Shown here: piece by piece, positions 37,352-49,867 of the stretch
Position numbering within the stretch: the stretch's first letter is position 1
Layout: the number at the start of each line of letters is the position of its first letter
Origin: Octopus vulgaris
Taxonomy: Eukaryota
Reading direction: 5' to 3'
Length of the DNA: 64,000 bases
NCBI GenBank assembly: GCA_951406725.2
Contig: OX597841.1
Location: 20,708,001 to 20,772,000 of the forward strand
The notes under the pieces: generated by a model
Seen by the model: the letters and a program-made list of their open reading frames with translations, nothing else
Told to the model about the DNA's origin: nothing
The model's database searches: none
Made by a program: the position numbers and the translations under genes

Positions 37352-39035
37352 GTGAGTTTACCTATTGGTTTTTTTGTTTTTTTATGAAAAATCTTTTTAC
37401 CTTTTGCAGTTTTGTATTTGCTTTTTTAATGTTAACTTATGATAGCAGAACATGAGCACTGACAAAAGCTTCACAAAATCAGTTGGACAGGCTCTGCACT
37501 AGATTATTATAAACAACAATCAACACATTATGGAGTATACATGAAATCAATGCTGAACTTTATGACTCTATTTTCGTATGGTGTCAATGAAGATAATGGT
37601 TCATTGGTCACTTTTGGAGAATCAAAAAGATGAGCTAGCGCATCATCTATTGCCATTGAAGCCTCCTCATTGCAGAAGATTAAAACAACCACACTTTACA
37701 TTTGTTGACTAACTAGCGGAAGATAAAGTTGAAAAATTGACTTGTTGCCATTGATGAATTGTACTTGCTGGAGGTCATTTATTGCGGATGTTCACTTGTA
37801 GAAGAAGGAAGAATAAGTATATTGAAATTCTTTGCAGAATTCAAGCTAGTCACTGTGAGAATGATAGGTTTTCTCTCATTGAGTCAAATTAGTTTTGGGT
37901 TCATGAATGCCTAATTATGTATGTGTGCACATACGAATGTACATACAGGCTGATAAGAGAAGAGAAGAGCTAGAAAAGGAAGGGATAGGATGGACAGACT
38001 CACATTTAGGTGTACATATGTACCATGGAACACATTGTGTTGGCGCACATATCCATATCAGTAATGTCCATGAGCAACAAGTGAAGGTATGTGGCTTATT
38101 GGTTAGGGTATTCAGGTCATGATTGTAAGGTCGTGAGTTCAATTCCCAGTGGCAGATTGTGTCTTTGAGCAAGACACTTTATTTCACATTGCTCCAGTTC
38201 ACTCAGCTGGCAAAAATGAGTTGTACCTGTAATTCTGTGCCATGCTAGATCTCTCTGAGAACTACGTTAAGGATATGCAGGTCTGTGGAGTGCTCAGCCA
38301 CTTGCATATTAATTTCACAAGGAGGCTGTTCTGTTGACTGGATCAACTGGAACTCACATCATCCTAACTGACAAAGTGCCAGTTAGTTAGGCATGAGCAA
38401 CCTGTTCCATGGTTGGCTCAACTAAACCAGCAACCTCATTCATGGCTTTGATGCTTTGATGCTTTAGAATTTAATGTCTTTTATCTTTTGTTTCACTTGT
38501 TTCTGTCATTTGACTGCAGCCATACTGAGGTACCACCTTGAAGGGGTTTTAGTCAAACAAATCAAGTCCTGGACTTATTCTATTGGTCTCTTTTGTTGAA
38601 CTGCTAAGTTAGGGGAATGTAAACACCAGTTGTCAAACAGTGGATGGGACAGACACAAATACACACATATACGATGGGCTTCTCTTAGTTTCCATCTACC
38701 AAAACATTTCAACAGGTTCTCATCAATCTGAGGCTATAATAGAAGACACTTGCCAAGGGTGTCACACAGTGGGATTGAACCCATACCCATGTGATTGGGA
38801 AACAAACATCTTACCACATAATTATTGCTGTGCCTTTTGTATGCAAAAATTACATAACAGCCTCCATCATTTTCAAGGATATAAATTTCTCTTCATATGG
38901 AATAGTCAAAGCTCTTTTCTGTGCAATCAAAACGGAATCTTTTGCAACAATTCCAGTGACTTATAGCTTGGACATTCTGGTACGTTTTATCTGTATTGTA
39001 TTGTCGTTCATTCTGCATTTGGTTGAACAGTTATG

Positions 39036-39136
<101 letters not shown>

Positions 39137-39225
39137 TTCCCTTCTTTCCTGAGCGTCAAATAATACTTTAATTGTTCCACGTCCTCGCGTTGCTGTGTTT
39201 TTTCTGTGTTTTCTTGTTTGGATTA

Positions 39226-39274
<49 letters not shown>

Positions 39275-39276
<2 letters not shown>

Positions 39277-40655
39277 TCATCATCATCATCGTTTAACGTC
39301 CGTTTTCTGCGCTAGCACGGGCTGGACGGTTTGACCGGGGTCTGGGAAGCCAGGGGCCGCTCCAGGCTCCAGTCTGATCTGGCAGAGTTTCTACGGCTGG
39401 ATGCCCTTCCTAACGCCAACCACTCCGCGAGTGGAGTGGGTGCTTTTTACGTGCCACCTGCACAGGGGCCGGGGGGTCCGGCATCGGTCAAGATCGGTTC
39501 GAGCTTTTCTAGAGTTGAGTTGGGGGGGGTCCAGCTGAGAAAGGTTCCACCAGTGAAAAGAGAGGGAGAGATAGTGGGGGGGGGGGTGCAGGTAATATAG
39601 GGAAGCACCAGTGGGGAAGGTTGGGGTAAGGAGGAACGATGACAGGGAAGGGTTGGTGCAGGTTCGTAAGAAATAAAAACGTAGGATATCACGAGGCAGG
39701 GAGGGGACTGGAAGGAGATAGCCAGATTGAGGCAGTGACAGATTCAAAACAGGAGGAAACGTAAGATCAGTGGGGCGGTTGATGAGCTGCGGCGCTAGCA
39801 GCTTGTCTTGGTAAGGGGTAGTACACAGTGAAAGCATGTGAGGAGGAGGGGTAGGAGGAAGAGACACACGTAATGGTGGTGGGGGAGGAGGAGGGCATAT
39901 CCGGTGTAGATGGTGAGAACAGTGTTCACTGGTGGTGGGGGTTGGAGGGCGGGGGCACCGCCAAATGGCGGAAAGATGGAATTAAGGATTGAAGGTAACC
40001 TTAAAGGGTTAAATTTTGTAGAGAAAGATAGGAAAAACAAAGCAAGTTACTGTATAAGTTCAGACATTTAACGGTAGTAACGATTGAGCAACGAATGAAT
40101 GTATGTTGTACGAGGTACGGAAGATAAATGAGATAAAATCTTTTTAACTTGCTGTGGACATCAGACCGGAAGTTGAGTTGGAGAAGAAGGAAGTTTGAAT
40201 TGGGGATTGTAATGGTGATTTTCGGGTTTGAGCAGAAGAAGAAGGCATCGCCAAATGGCGGAAAGATGGAATTAAGGATTGAAGGTAACCTTAAAGGGTT
40301 AAATTTCGTAGAGAAAGATAGGAAAAACAAAGCAAGTTACTGTATAAGTTCAGACATTTAACGGTAGTAACGAATGAGCAACGAATGAATGTATGTTGTA
40401 CGAGGTACGGAAGATAAATGAGATAAAATCTTTTTAACTTGCTGTGGACATCAGACCGGAAGTTGAGTTGGAGAAGAAGGAAGTTTGAATTGGGGATTGT
40501 AATGGTGATTTTCGGGTTTGAGCAGAAGAAGAAGAAGAAGAAGGCATCGCCAAATGGCGGAAAGATGGAATTAAGGATTGAAGGTAACCTTAAAGGGTTA
40601 AATTTCGTAGAGAAAGATAGGAAAAACAAAGCAAGTTACTGTATAAGTTCAGACA
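39275..40655 (-). mobile_element. Young non-coding RTE-tailed element with 5' tandem 290-bp monomers
   Basis: RTE-type 3' end with (GAT)n tail at 39275-39500; C-rich linker; 2.4 near-identical monomers starting at 39954, 40244, 40543; TA microsatellites on both flanks. Confidence 0.6.
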
Positions 40656-40689
40656 CACATATATATAAATATATATACATATATATATA

Positions 40690-41390
40690 TGTGTGTGTGT
40701 GTGTCCTTTATACAAATCCACAATTTTTCAGTTAGAAGGCTCGCACTTTCTATGGTCATTCAAAACTGTCCAAGGGTGGTTGTGAAGATCTTTTCATTTC
40801 CCAGTTACCCCTGAAAGTCATTTTAAAAAATCGATAAACCGACCCCTTATGTTTCAGGTAACAAAAGTCTTTAATACAGGGAACGTAACTCACTTAATCC
40901 AGGAGTTTAATCTAAAGGTATTAAACCATAGCAAGGGAAATAACTCTTTAAAACTCTGCATTTCCTTCCCCTTGTTATGTATCACACCTCAAAACTGTAC
41001 CAGACCAATTTATCCAATTTAGGACCGGAACTGTCCCAGATTTCTGGATTTTCCAGTTTCTCAGAGAATTTCTAAACGTTTGCTTAAAATCTCTATATCT
41101 ATAAATGGCAAAATGTCTGTTTTTTGATTGGACGGAAATAATTTTACACCTGACAGTTTGATGCGTGTGCGCATTTGCAGGCAGTCTGTATGACTCTGCA
41201 CATTTTTGTGTTTTGTGAAGACGTGTTATCATGTGTTTTGGCTTTCAAACGTGCACACTTTTTTGATTTGAGAAATGCAGGGAATAATTAATGAGTTAGA
41301 CCAAGTGAATGACAAGAGAGAGGGATTTTCATGAAAGACCAAAAATGCTTGACTAGCACTAGACTCAACAGCGCCAGGTCATAGTGCTAG
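40690..41390 (+). mobile_element. Helitron-like non-autonomous element
   Basis: 3' end ACTAGCACTAGAC...GTCATAGTGCTAG|T (hairpin + CTAG before T); 5' (TG)n-TCC segment; 5' boundary uncertain. Confidence 0.55.
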
Positions 41391-41391
41391 T

Positions 41392-42232
41392 ATATGTTAT
41401 AAGTTAGAACAAACAGTAAAAGGTTGTCATTATAGTACTCAGAGTTTCGAATGTTGGAACGAAGAGCTACGATACATTCTCATCGGCTCTTAATGGCAAC
41501 AGATGCTATGAAAAATCCGTTAAATAGAAGGGAAGTAACTCTAATAGATAGAAAAAGAAAAAAGATACACACAACCATATTCTCACAATATGTAGATATA
41601 AACCTCCTGCGTTCACAACATCTACATATGTACACACTCATACAAACATGTACACACACACACAAGCATATGTATGTATGTACCCATACATACACATATC
41701 CACACACATATGTATATATGTACACACACACATATACATATACACTCTCACACAATTAAAAAGGAAAAAATGAAAACATAAAAAATAAAAACTTAATGAA
41801 AGTTAAAACATATGGGAAAGCTTATGCAGGATCTTAGTAGAAATGTGGATTCTGGCCATGATTTTAGTGGGCCTGAAACCATAACAGGTATTTTGTGAGA
41901 TATGGACATGATCCAAAATGTTCAGTTCTTGAATTTAAACATGTAGCAGGGTTGAAGGAACTTTTCCAGACAGGCCATCTTTCCATATTACAAAGACCGC
42001 ACTTGCCACTACTGTTGGTATAAGATTTACACTTGGCTAAGATCTTCCAATAAATTCTGTAGTCAACACCTTGTTCTTTTAAGAACTGGATAATTTGCTA
42101 GTCTTTCATTTATTTCAGAGTCTGAAGCTTAAGGTGTGATTGTTGAATCTTGCTTTGAAATTTCCCTCTGTGAAACCCACATATCTCTTGGATGAAAATG
42201 TTTTATTAGCATTCGTGAAATTTATAAATAAA
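41392..42232 (-). mobile_element. Penelope-like element 3' end (GIY-YIG + pLTR)
   Basis: Minus-strand remnants FTEGNFKARFNNHTLSFR and EHFGSCPYLTKY; hammerhead at 41423-41500; interrupted upstream by a Helitron. Confidence 0.75.
41423..41500 (-). ncRNA. Type I hammerhead motif with U4C change
   Basis: GUUGCCAUUAAGAG-CCGAUGA-GAAUGU...ACAUUC-GAAA-CUCUGAG-UA-CUAUAAUGACAAC. Confidence 0.7.
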
Positions 42233-43505
42233 CTAGCAGAGATACCCAGCGTTGCCCGTGTTACATACAATTGAAGAATTAGACTTTTCTGTTATATTTT
42301 CTCTAATGAAATGGAATATCTGTTTCGAATTTCATCAAAATTGCAGATGAGGATTATTTCCCTCTTTACACACCCCCCAAAAATTGTAATCATGCCACAT
42401 GTATCCCATACTACTGATTTTTATGTGCATATTCCAAAATTCCAGTTTTATTGAACCTGTTAAAAAGATTTTGCCCCAGAAAAGTGAAGGTCATGGAGCT
42501 CTAAAATGTGAGAGTTAAGGCCCTTGTTGGGGTGGGCATCTTAATGTCAACCAGAGAAGTTGAATTGTTGAGAATCTTTTTAACTTGGGTCTTATATCTA
42601 TTGTTTGAATTTCTTTGAAATAGGAAATATATGTTCACTGGGTTTGTAAAAGAGAGCAAAGCTACAGGAAACCAAAAGACGAATGATCACAATAAGCAGT
42701 CAGCTACCCTACCCTAGTCGTTACCACTCCAAATGTAGGATTCCTCACCATCCAGGTGACAGGCACAGCCGTAAGATGCATTACGAATCTCTAGCAATTG
42801 GAAGGGCGTGACCCAACTGAAATAAACATTAACAACTGTGTGACATGAGGGCTAAGGAGAAATGAAAGTGTCACCTCCGGAGTTTGCAAATGACCACTAT
42901 ACTGATACGTAACTGGACAGAATAAAATTACAATCTATAAATGTCTTTGAATAACCAGTCACTCATCTGGGAAGGCCTTGAAATCAATATTACTATCTGG
43001 GGACTATGTGTGACCCAGTGATAATAAAAAGAGTGAAAGGAGGTCTGCAATGAAATAACTTTACTCAACTGAATCAGTGGAGGCAAAGATGCCTCTCATT
43101 TACTTGACAATTTATGCACCACATTGCAGAAATCACAATGTAAGTGTATGTCAAAGCAAAGTGTTACGCTGTTGTACCATTGAATTACAAATAATACCCA
43201 ACTTTTATGCTCGGGTAACCCTACGGCTTCCAAGAGCACAACAAAATTGTAGGTGTTAAGTCCCCATGGAGGGGTCTTTCTAACTTGTAAGAAGATGAAA
43301 TTTTATAAATATTACTTCATTTGTGCCTAATATCTATGGTTAAAATTTCAACAGCAAAAATCTATTTATTGTCATGGGGGTTATGGCCGTTATGCATAGA
43401 ATATAATTTCCAGATTTCATAAAGATCCATTCAGTACTTTTGACCTAGTTTTGGATCATAAAAGAAATTACTAAAATTTGGAAGTTAAGGCTCCCATTAG
43501 GGTGT
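42233..43505 (-). mobile_element. Non-autonomous Helitron, 5'-truncated copy
   Basis: Minus-strand 3' end CACGGGCAACGCTGGG-TATCTCTG-CTAG|T; highly similar to 53325-54585. Confidence 0.85.
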
Positions 43506-43827
43506 TATATATATATTTATATATATATATACATACACACACACACACATACAAAGATAAATTGATAGATACAACTGAGTGGACAAACAAAAATATGAGA
43601 CACAGCCTAATTCTTATTTTTTATGTTGATAAGCCTGGTACTTATTCTATTAGTTTCTTCTTGTGAAACCAGTAAGTTATGTGGATGTAAATAAATGAAC
43701 AGCAGTTGTGAAGCAGTGATGAGGTCGAAACACAGAGACAAAGACACACACATGCACTTACATATATACATACATATACATACGAATGATTTTTTTCAGT
43801 TCCTGTCTACGAAATCCATATATATTA

Positions 43828-46522
43828 TTGTTGGCATCCTTTTTGTCTCGGGAGACAATGGAGTTGCGCATAAAATAATCTAGTCCGGCTTTTACATTTC
43901 ATGTCCTAATATATCTCCTGCTGTGGCTGTGTAGTTCTATCCTGGACAAACACTCCCTCTGGCAGGTACCGCAAATGTAGCGAAGACTGTTCCTGGCTGG
44001 TTGTAATGTCATAGTTTCTTGTTGACGTCTTTTCTTGTCTTTCCATTTCTCTTCTCTCTCTATGTCACTCCTTGGTGTTCCCTCTTTGACGGTATGTCAC
44101 CAATCTCCACGGTTACTGGCAACTGCTTCCCAGTTGGTAATATTGATGTTGCAGGCATTCATGTCCCTTTTGCAAACATCCTTGTATTGTAAGAATGGTC
44201 TTCCCACAGACCTAGTGCCCCTAGCAAGCTCTCCGTAGAGTATGTCCATGGGGATGCTGCCATCTTTCATACGGCTAACATGCCCAAGCCATCTCATACG
44301 TCTTTGTGTGAGGAGTGCAAACATGCTTGGTATTCCTGCTTGCTTGAGGACATCTTTGTTGGGGACATGATTCTGTCATTTGATGCGAAGGATTTTCTGG
44401 AGGCAGCGCAGGTGAAAGATGTTTAGGGGACGCTCTTGGCGTGTGTATAGCGTCCAAATCTTCATTTTTGTGGTCAGCTTATTGTTGTTGCATGCCCATT
44501 TGGAGATTTGGGCCATCACAGCAGCTGTCTTGCTAATGCGTATATTGAGCTCAGCATCAAGGGATAGGTTGTAGGTGACGGTAGAGCCAAGATAGGTAAA
44601 CTTCTCCACCTCCTGTAGTCTGTGGTCTCCAATATGTATGTTTGGGATGTCCGATGTAGCCTGACCTATGATGTTGGTCTTCTTCAGGCTGATAACTAAG
44701 CCAAAGTCGCTACATACTTGCTCAAAACAGTTGATGAGCCTTTGTAGAGCTTCTTCTGTGTGTGATACCAGAGCAGCATCATCAGCAAATAGCATCTCCT
44801 TGATCAGGACGTTTCTGATTTTGGTCTTGGCACGCAGACACGAGAGATTGAACACTTTCCTGTCACTTCTACTGTGCAGAAACACTCCATTATCTGATGT
44901 CTGAAAGGCATGTGAGAGTAAGAGCGAAAAGAAGATGCCAAATAATGTAGGAGCGAGGACACAACCTTGCTTTACCCCGTTTTTTATTTGGAAGGTGGCT
45001 GATGTTGAACCGTTGTGCTGTATGGTGCCTTGCATATCATCATGGAAAGACTTGATGATCCTCAGCAGCTTTGGTGGACATCCGATTTTTTGGAGCAGAG
45101 TAAAGAGGCCTGTTCTGCTTACCGAGTCAAAGGCCTTTGTTAGATCAATGAAGGCCATATATAATGGCATTTTCTGCTCTCTGGACTTCTCCTGAAGTTG
45201 GCGTATGGAGAATATCATGTCAATAGTTGATCTGCTTCTTCTAAAGCCACACTGCGATTCTGGATAAATTCGAGAAGCAAGCAGTTGTAGCTTGGACAGG
45301 ATAACATGAGCAAAGGCCTTTCCAACAGTGCTTAGAAGAGATATTCCATGGTAATTGTTACAATCACCATGGTCACCTTTGTTTTTGTAAAGCCTAATGA
45401 TGTTAGCATCCCACATATCCTGAAGGACTGTACCTTCTTCCCAGCACTGACACAGAAGCTCATGAAGGTGCCGAAGCAGGATGGTGTTTTTGCCAGCTTT
45501 GATGATCTCTGAGGGGATGCCATCTTTTCCCGGAGCCTTGTTTCTTGCTAGGGAGTCAACAGCCTTGGTGAGCTCTGCTATAGATGGCAGACTGTTCACA
45601 CAAGTTCACACATGACTGGCAAGATCTTGACACCCTCGATTGCAGCCTCTCCCGTAAGTAGAGATCGTGGTAGTACTCCACCCATCTAGCCATTTGCTTG
45701 CTTTGGTCCTTGATGAGATCTCCAGTAGTTGATTTCAGAGGGGCTGACTTGGTTGCAGATGGTCCGAGGGCCTTCTTCAAACCGGCATACATCCCACTGG
45801 TGTTGCCACTGTCAGCAGCTGACTGGATACTCTGACAGATTTCCTGCCAATACCTATTTGCACAGCGTCTGGCAGTCAGTTGGGTTTTATTTCTTGCCTT
45901 TCTGAGTTCTTCATGTGACTTTGTAGAAGAATCACTCTTGTATTGCATCAGAGCTGCACGCTTTGCTTCGATAACTGTTTCCAGCTCTGAGAGCCCAACA
46001 CTGAATCAATCTGGGTTTTGCCTTTCTCTCATGCCGAAAGTATCTATTGATGTGGTATACAAAGCTTCCCTGATATAATTCCACCTACTTTCAGCAGAGG
46101 AGGTTGGGTAGCTACTGAGAGCAACCTTGATAGAAACAGCAAAACATTTTCTCAGTGTAGGGTCCAAGGTTCTGGCAGTGTTAATGCGTGGTCGGCCCAT
46201 TTTCTTAGATTGATGGACTTTTTTAGGCAGAATCCTTACCCTGCTTCTAATAAGAAGCAGGGTGAGGATTCTGCCTAAAAAAGTGCATGATCTGTGTCAC
46301 AATCCGCGCTGTGGTAACTACGGGTCAGTTGAACAGAATTCAGAAAGGATCTTCGTGTAATGATGAGATCCAGCTGATGCCAGTGGTGAGATCTTGGATG
46401 TCTCCAAGTTGCCTTGTGGGATGTCTTGTTGGCAAAGAATGTGTTGGTGATGCACAGGTTATGGTATGTACAAAATTCAAGTAGTCTCTGACCATTGTCA
46501 TTCATGTTACCAATACCAAAAC
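43828..46522 (-). mobile_element. RTE (BovB/Expander-like) LINE, 5'-truncated
   Basis: APE C-terminus (NDNGQRLLEFC..TWRHPRSHHWHQLD..DCDTDH), RT ORF 44376..45599 (KAPGKDGIP, FIDLTKAFDSV, GVKQGCVLAPTLF, LFADD), RMRWLGHVSRM. Confidence 0.97.
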
Positions 46523-46538
46523 ATATACACTTACATAT

Positions 46539-46594
<56 letters not shown>

Positions 46595-47019
46595 TTGATT
46601 TGTTTCAGTTCCTGTCTACAAAAACCATATATATACACACACACACACAAAGATAAATTGATAGATACAACTGAGTGGGCAAACAAAAATATGAGACATG
46701 AGACACTGCCTAGTGCTTTTTTTTATTTTGATAAGCCTGGTACTTATTCTATCAGTTTCTTCTTTTGAAACCAGTAAGTTATGGGGATTTAAATAAACAA
46801 ACACCAGTTGTGAAGCAGTGATGAGGGAGAAACACAAACACACACACATAGACTTACATATATATATACATATACATACAGTTGATTTCTTTCAGTTTCT
46901 GTCTACAAAATCCACTGACAAGGCTTTGGTTGGTCTGTCAAAGTATTTTGCTAATATGTGCCAGTTTGGCTGTGTAACATTGCAAGCAAGCAAGATTGTA
47001 CTTCACTTTTAATGTATTC

Positions 47020-48048
47020 GTCATCATCATCATCATTTAACGTCCGCTTTCCGTGCTAGAATGGGTTAGATGATTTGATTGAGGTCTGGCGAACAAGATG
47101 GCTGCACAAGAATCCAATCTGATCTGGCAGAGTTTCTACAGCTGGATGCCCTTCCTAATGCCTACCACTACAAGAGCATAGTGGGTGCTTTTACATGCCA
47201 CCGGCATGAGGGCCAGTCAGGCGGTACTGACAACGGTCACGTTCAAATGGTGCTTTTTATATGCCACCACTACAAGTGCTAGTAACGCACGCAGATAACG
47301 ATCACACACAAATGGTGTTTTTAACATGCCATCGGCTTGGAGGCCAGCTTGTTGCTCTGGCCCCAATCTCACTCGTATGGTACTCTTAGCGCTCCTCTAG
47401 CACGGATGCCAGTCATCGAATTTGATTTCGATTTCAATTGCCTCAACAAGTCTTCGCAAGCAGAGTTTAGTGTCCAATGAAAGAAAGGCACGCATAAGTG
47501 GACTGGTTACACCCCTGGCATAGGCCACAAGGTTATGGTCTCACCTGCGCTTGCCGAGTCTTCTCAAGCACAGCATATTTTCAGAGGTCCCGGTCACTAG
47601 TCATTGCCTTGGTGAGGCCCAGTGTTTGAAGGTCATGCTTCACCACCTCATCCCAAGTCTTCCTGGGTCTACCTCTTCAACAGGTTCTCTCAACTGCTAG
47701 GGTGTGGTACTTTTTCACACAGCTATCCACATTCATTCTTGCCACATGACCATACCAGTGCAGTCATCTCTCTTGCACACCACATCTGATGCTTCTTAGG
47801 TCCAACTTTTCTCTCAGGGCACTAACACTCTGTCGAGTATGCACACTGACATTACACATCCATTGGTGCATACTGGCTTCATTCCTTGCAAGCTTACGCA
47901 TCCTCAGCAATCACGGCCCATGTTTCACTGCCATGTAGCAAGGCTGTTCGTACACATGTGTCATACAGTCTTCCTTTTACTCTGAGTGAGAAGCCCTTTG
48001 TCACCAGCAGAGGTAAGAGCTCTCTGAACTTAGCCCAGGCTATTCTTA
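47020..48048 (-). mobile_element. RTE LINE 3' end
   Basis: RIAWAKFRELLPLL..KGRLYDTCVRTALLHGSETW; (GAT)n tail at 47020-47036. Confidence 0.9.
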
Positions 48049-48534
48049 TATATAACACACACACACACACACACACACGTATATTTATATTTGGATAAAG
48101 ATAGTTATGGCCAATCTTTGGGGCTTCTCTAGGGTTTCACGTCCATAAAGGGCTTAGCTTTACAGTGTTTCTTCAGTCTCTAATTGCTGCTGGTAATTTT
48201 ATACATATGCTCACACACACTTAATTTAGAAGCACTTTTTTTTAAAACAACGGCCATTCAACACAGAGTTTGGCTTTAACTGCTCTTTCTCCTTCTCTTT
48301 GCTTTAGATGTGTATGTGTATGGAACCATTGTCATCATTATCATTGTCATTTTAAGTATGCTTTCCATATTGATATAAGTTGGGTAGTCATCACAGCCTC
48401 AGGCAATTTTTATTCAAAGTTATTGTTCCCTGCTAGATTAGTTGGAAAATTGTGTCTTGCTCTTCATTTCAATTCAACAACACAACACAACACACAACAC
48501 AACACAACACAACACAACACAACACAACACAACA

Positions 48535-48565
<31 letters not shown>

Positions 48566-48581
48566 TTCTTTACATTTCCAG

Positions 48582-48709
48582 GCTTATTAATAATGGCAAA
48601 TTGGAAATTGTGGCTGGAGGATGGGTAATGACAGATGAAGCGAATGCACACTACTATGCCATGATAGACCAGATGATTGAAGGACACACTTGGCTGAACG
48701 GCACCCTGG
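48582..48709 (+). CDS. MAN2A1: Alpha-mannosidase II exon
   Basis: TTTCCAG acceptor; (K)[42 protein letters not shown](G), the conserved GH38 GxLEIVxGGWVMxDEA motif; donor G|GTAAGT; 128 nt, phase 2 to 1. The next expected exon (IDPFG nucleophile motif) was not found in the window. Confidence 0.97.
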
Positions 48710-48944
48710 GTAAGTTTCATAGATGGCCACATTCCTTTTTATTGTTGGTTTTTCTTTATTAATTTATCTCTTTCTTGTTGCTGGTGAAGCAGATCTATGT
48801 GGAAAAGCATTCTAGCCATGATTGTCTTGTCCTTTCAAGTATTAACCAGTTGTCCTTTTTTCAAAGACAGTAAAATGTGATTTGAGAAAGGTTTGACTAT
48901 TGTTTCTACTATGCCCAACTATCATGTGGAGGACTTCTCACAAG

Positions 48945-49006
<62 letters not shown>

Positions 49007-49867
49007 TATATATACATCTTTTATCTTATATTTGTTTTGTCATCCTGGGGCACTGACTTGAAGAACTTTTAGTCAAACAAATTGACCTCAGTACTTATTT
49101 TTTGTTAAGCCAGGTACTTATTCTATTGGTTTCTTTTGATAAACCACTAAGTTACAGGGACATAAACACATCAACATCAGTTGTCAAGTGGTGGTGGGGA
49201 ACAAATACACACACACACATATACAATGGGTTCCTTTCAGTTTCTATCTACCAAATCCACTTATGAGGCTTTGATCAACTCGAGGCTATAGTAGAAGACA
49301 CTTGTCCAAGGTGTCACACAATGGAACTGAACCCAGAACCATGAGGTTGGGATACAAGCTTCTTACCATGCGGCCTCACCTGCCTTTGTCTCTATATAAG
49401 TGTGTGTGTATGTATGTATATTCAGAGTATGAATGTGTGTGTATCATCATCATTTAACATTCGTTGTCCATATTAGCATAAGTTGACCGGTTTGACCAGG
49501 ACTGGTAAGCTGAAGGGCTACACCAGACTCCCGTCTGATTTGGCATGGTTTCTACAGCTGGATTTCCTTCCTAATGCAAACTGCTCTGAGAGTGTAAGGA
49601 CACCCGTATCTGCCACAACTACAATTTCATTTGGCTTGATGGGTCTTATTCTCAAGCGCAGCATATTACCAAAGGTTTCAGTCACCTGTCATTACTTCCA
49701 TGAGCCCCAACACTTGAAAGGTACTTTTTACATGCCACTGGCATGTTTCAGTTATTTTACACCAACACACATATATATATATAAATGAAAGAATGGAGTT
49801 GAACGGAGATGTTAACATAGGATAATTCATTCACCTACTTATATATATATATATATATATATATATA

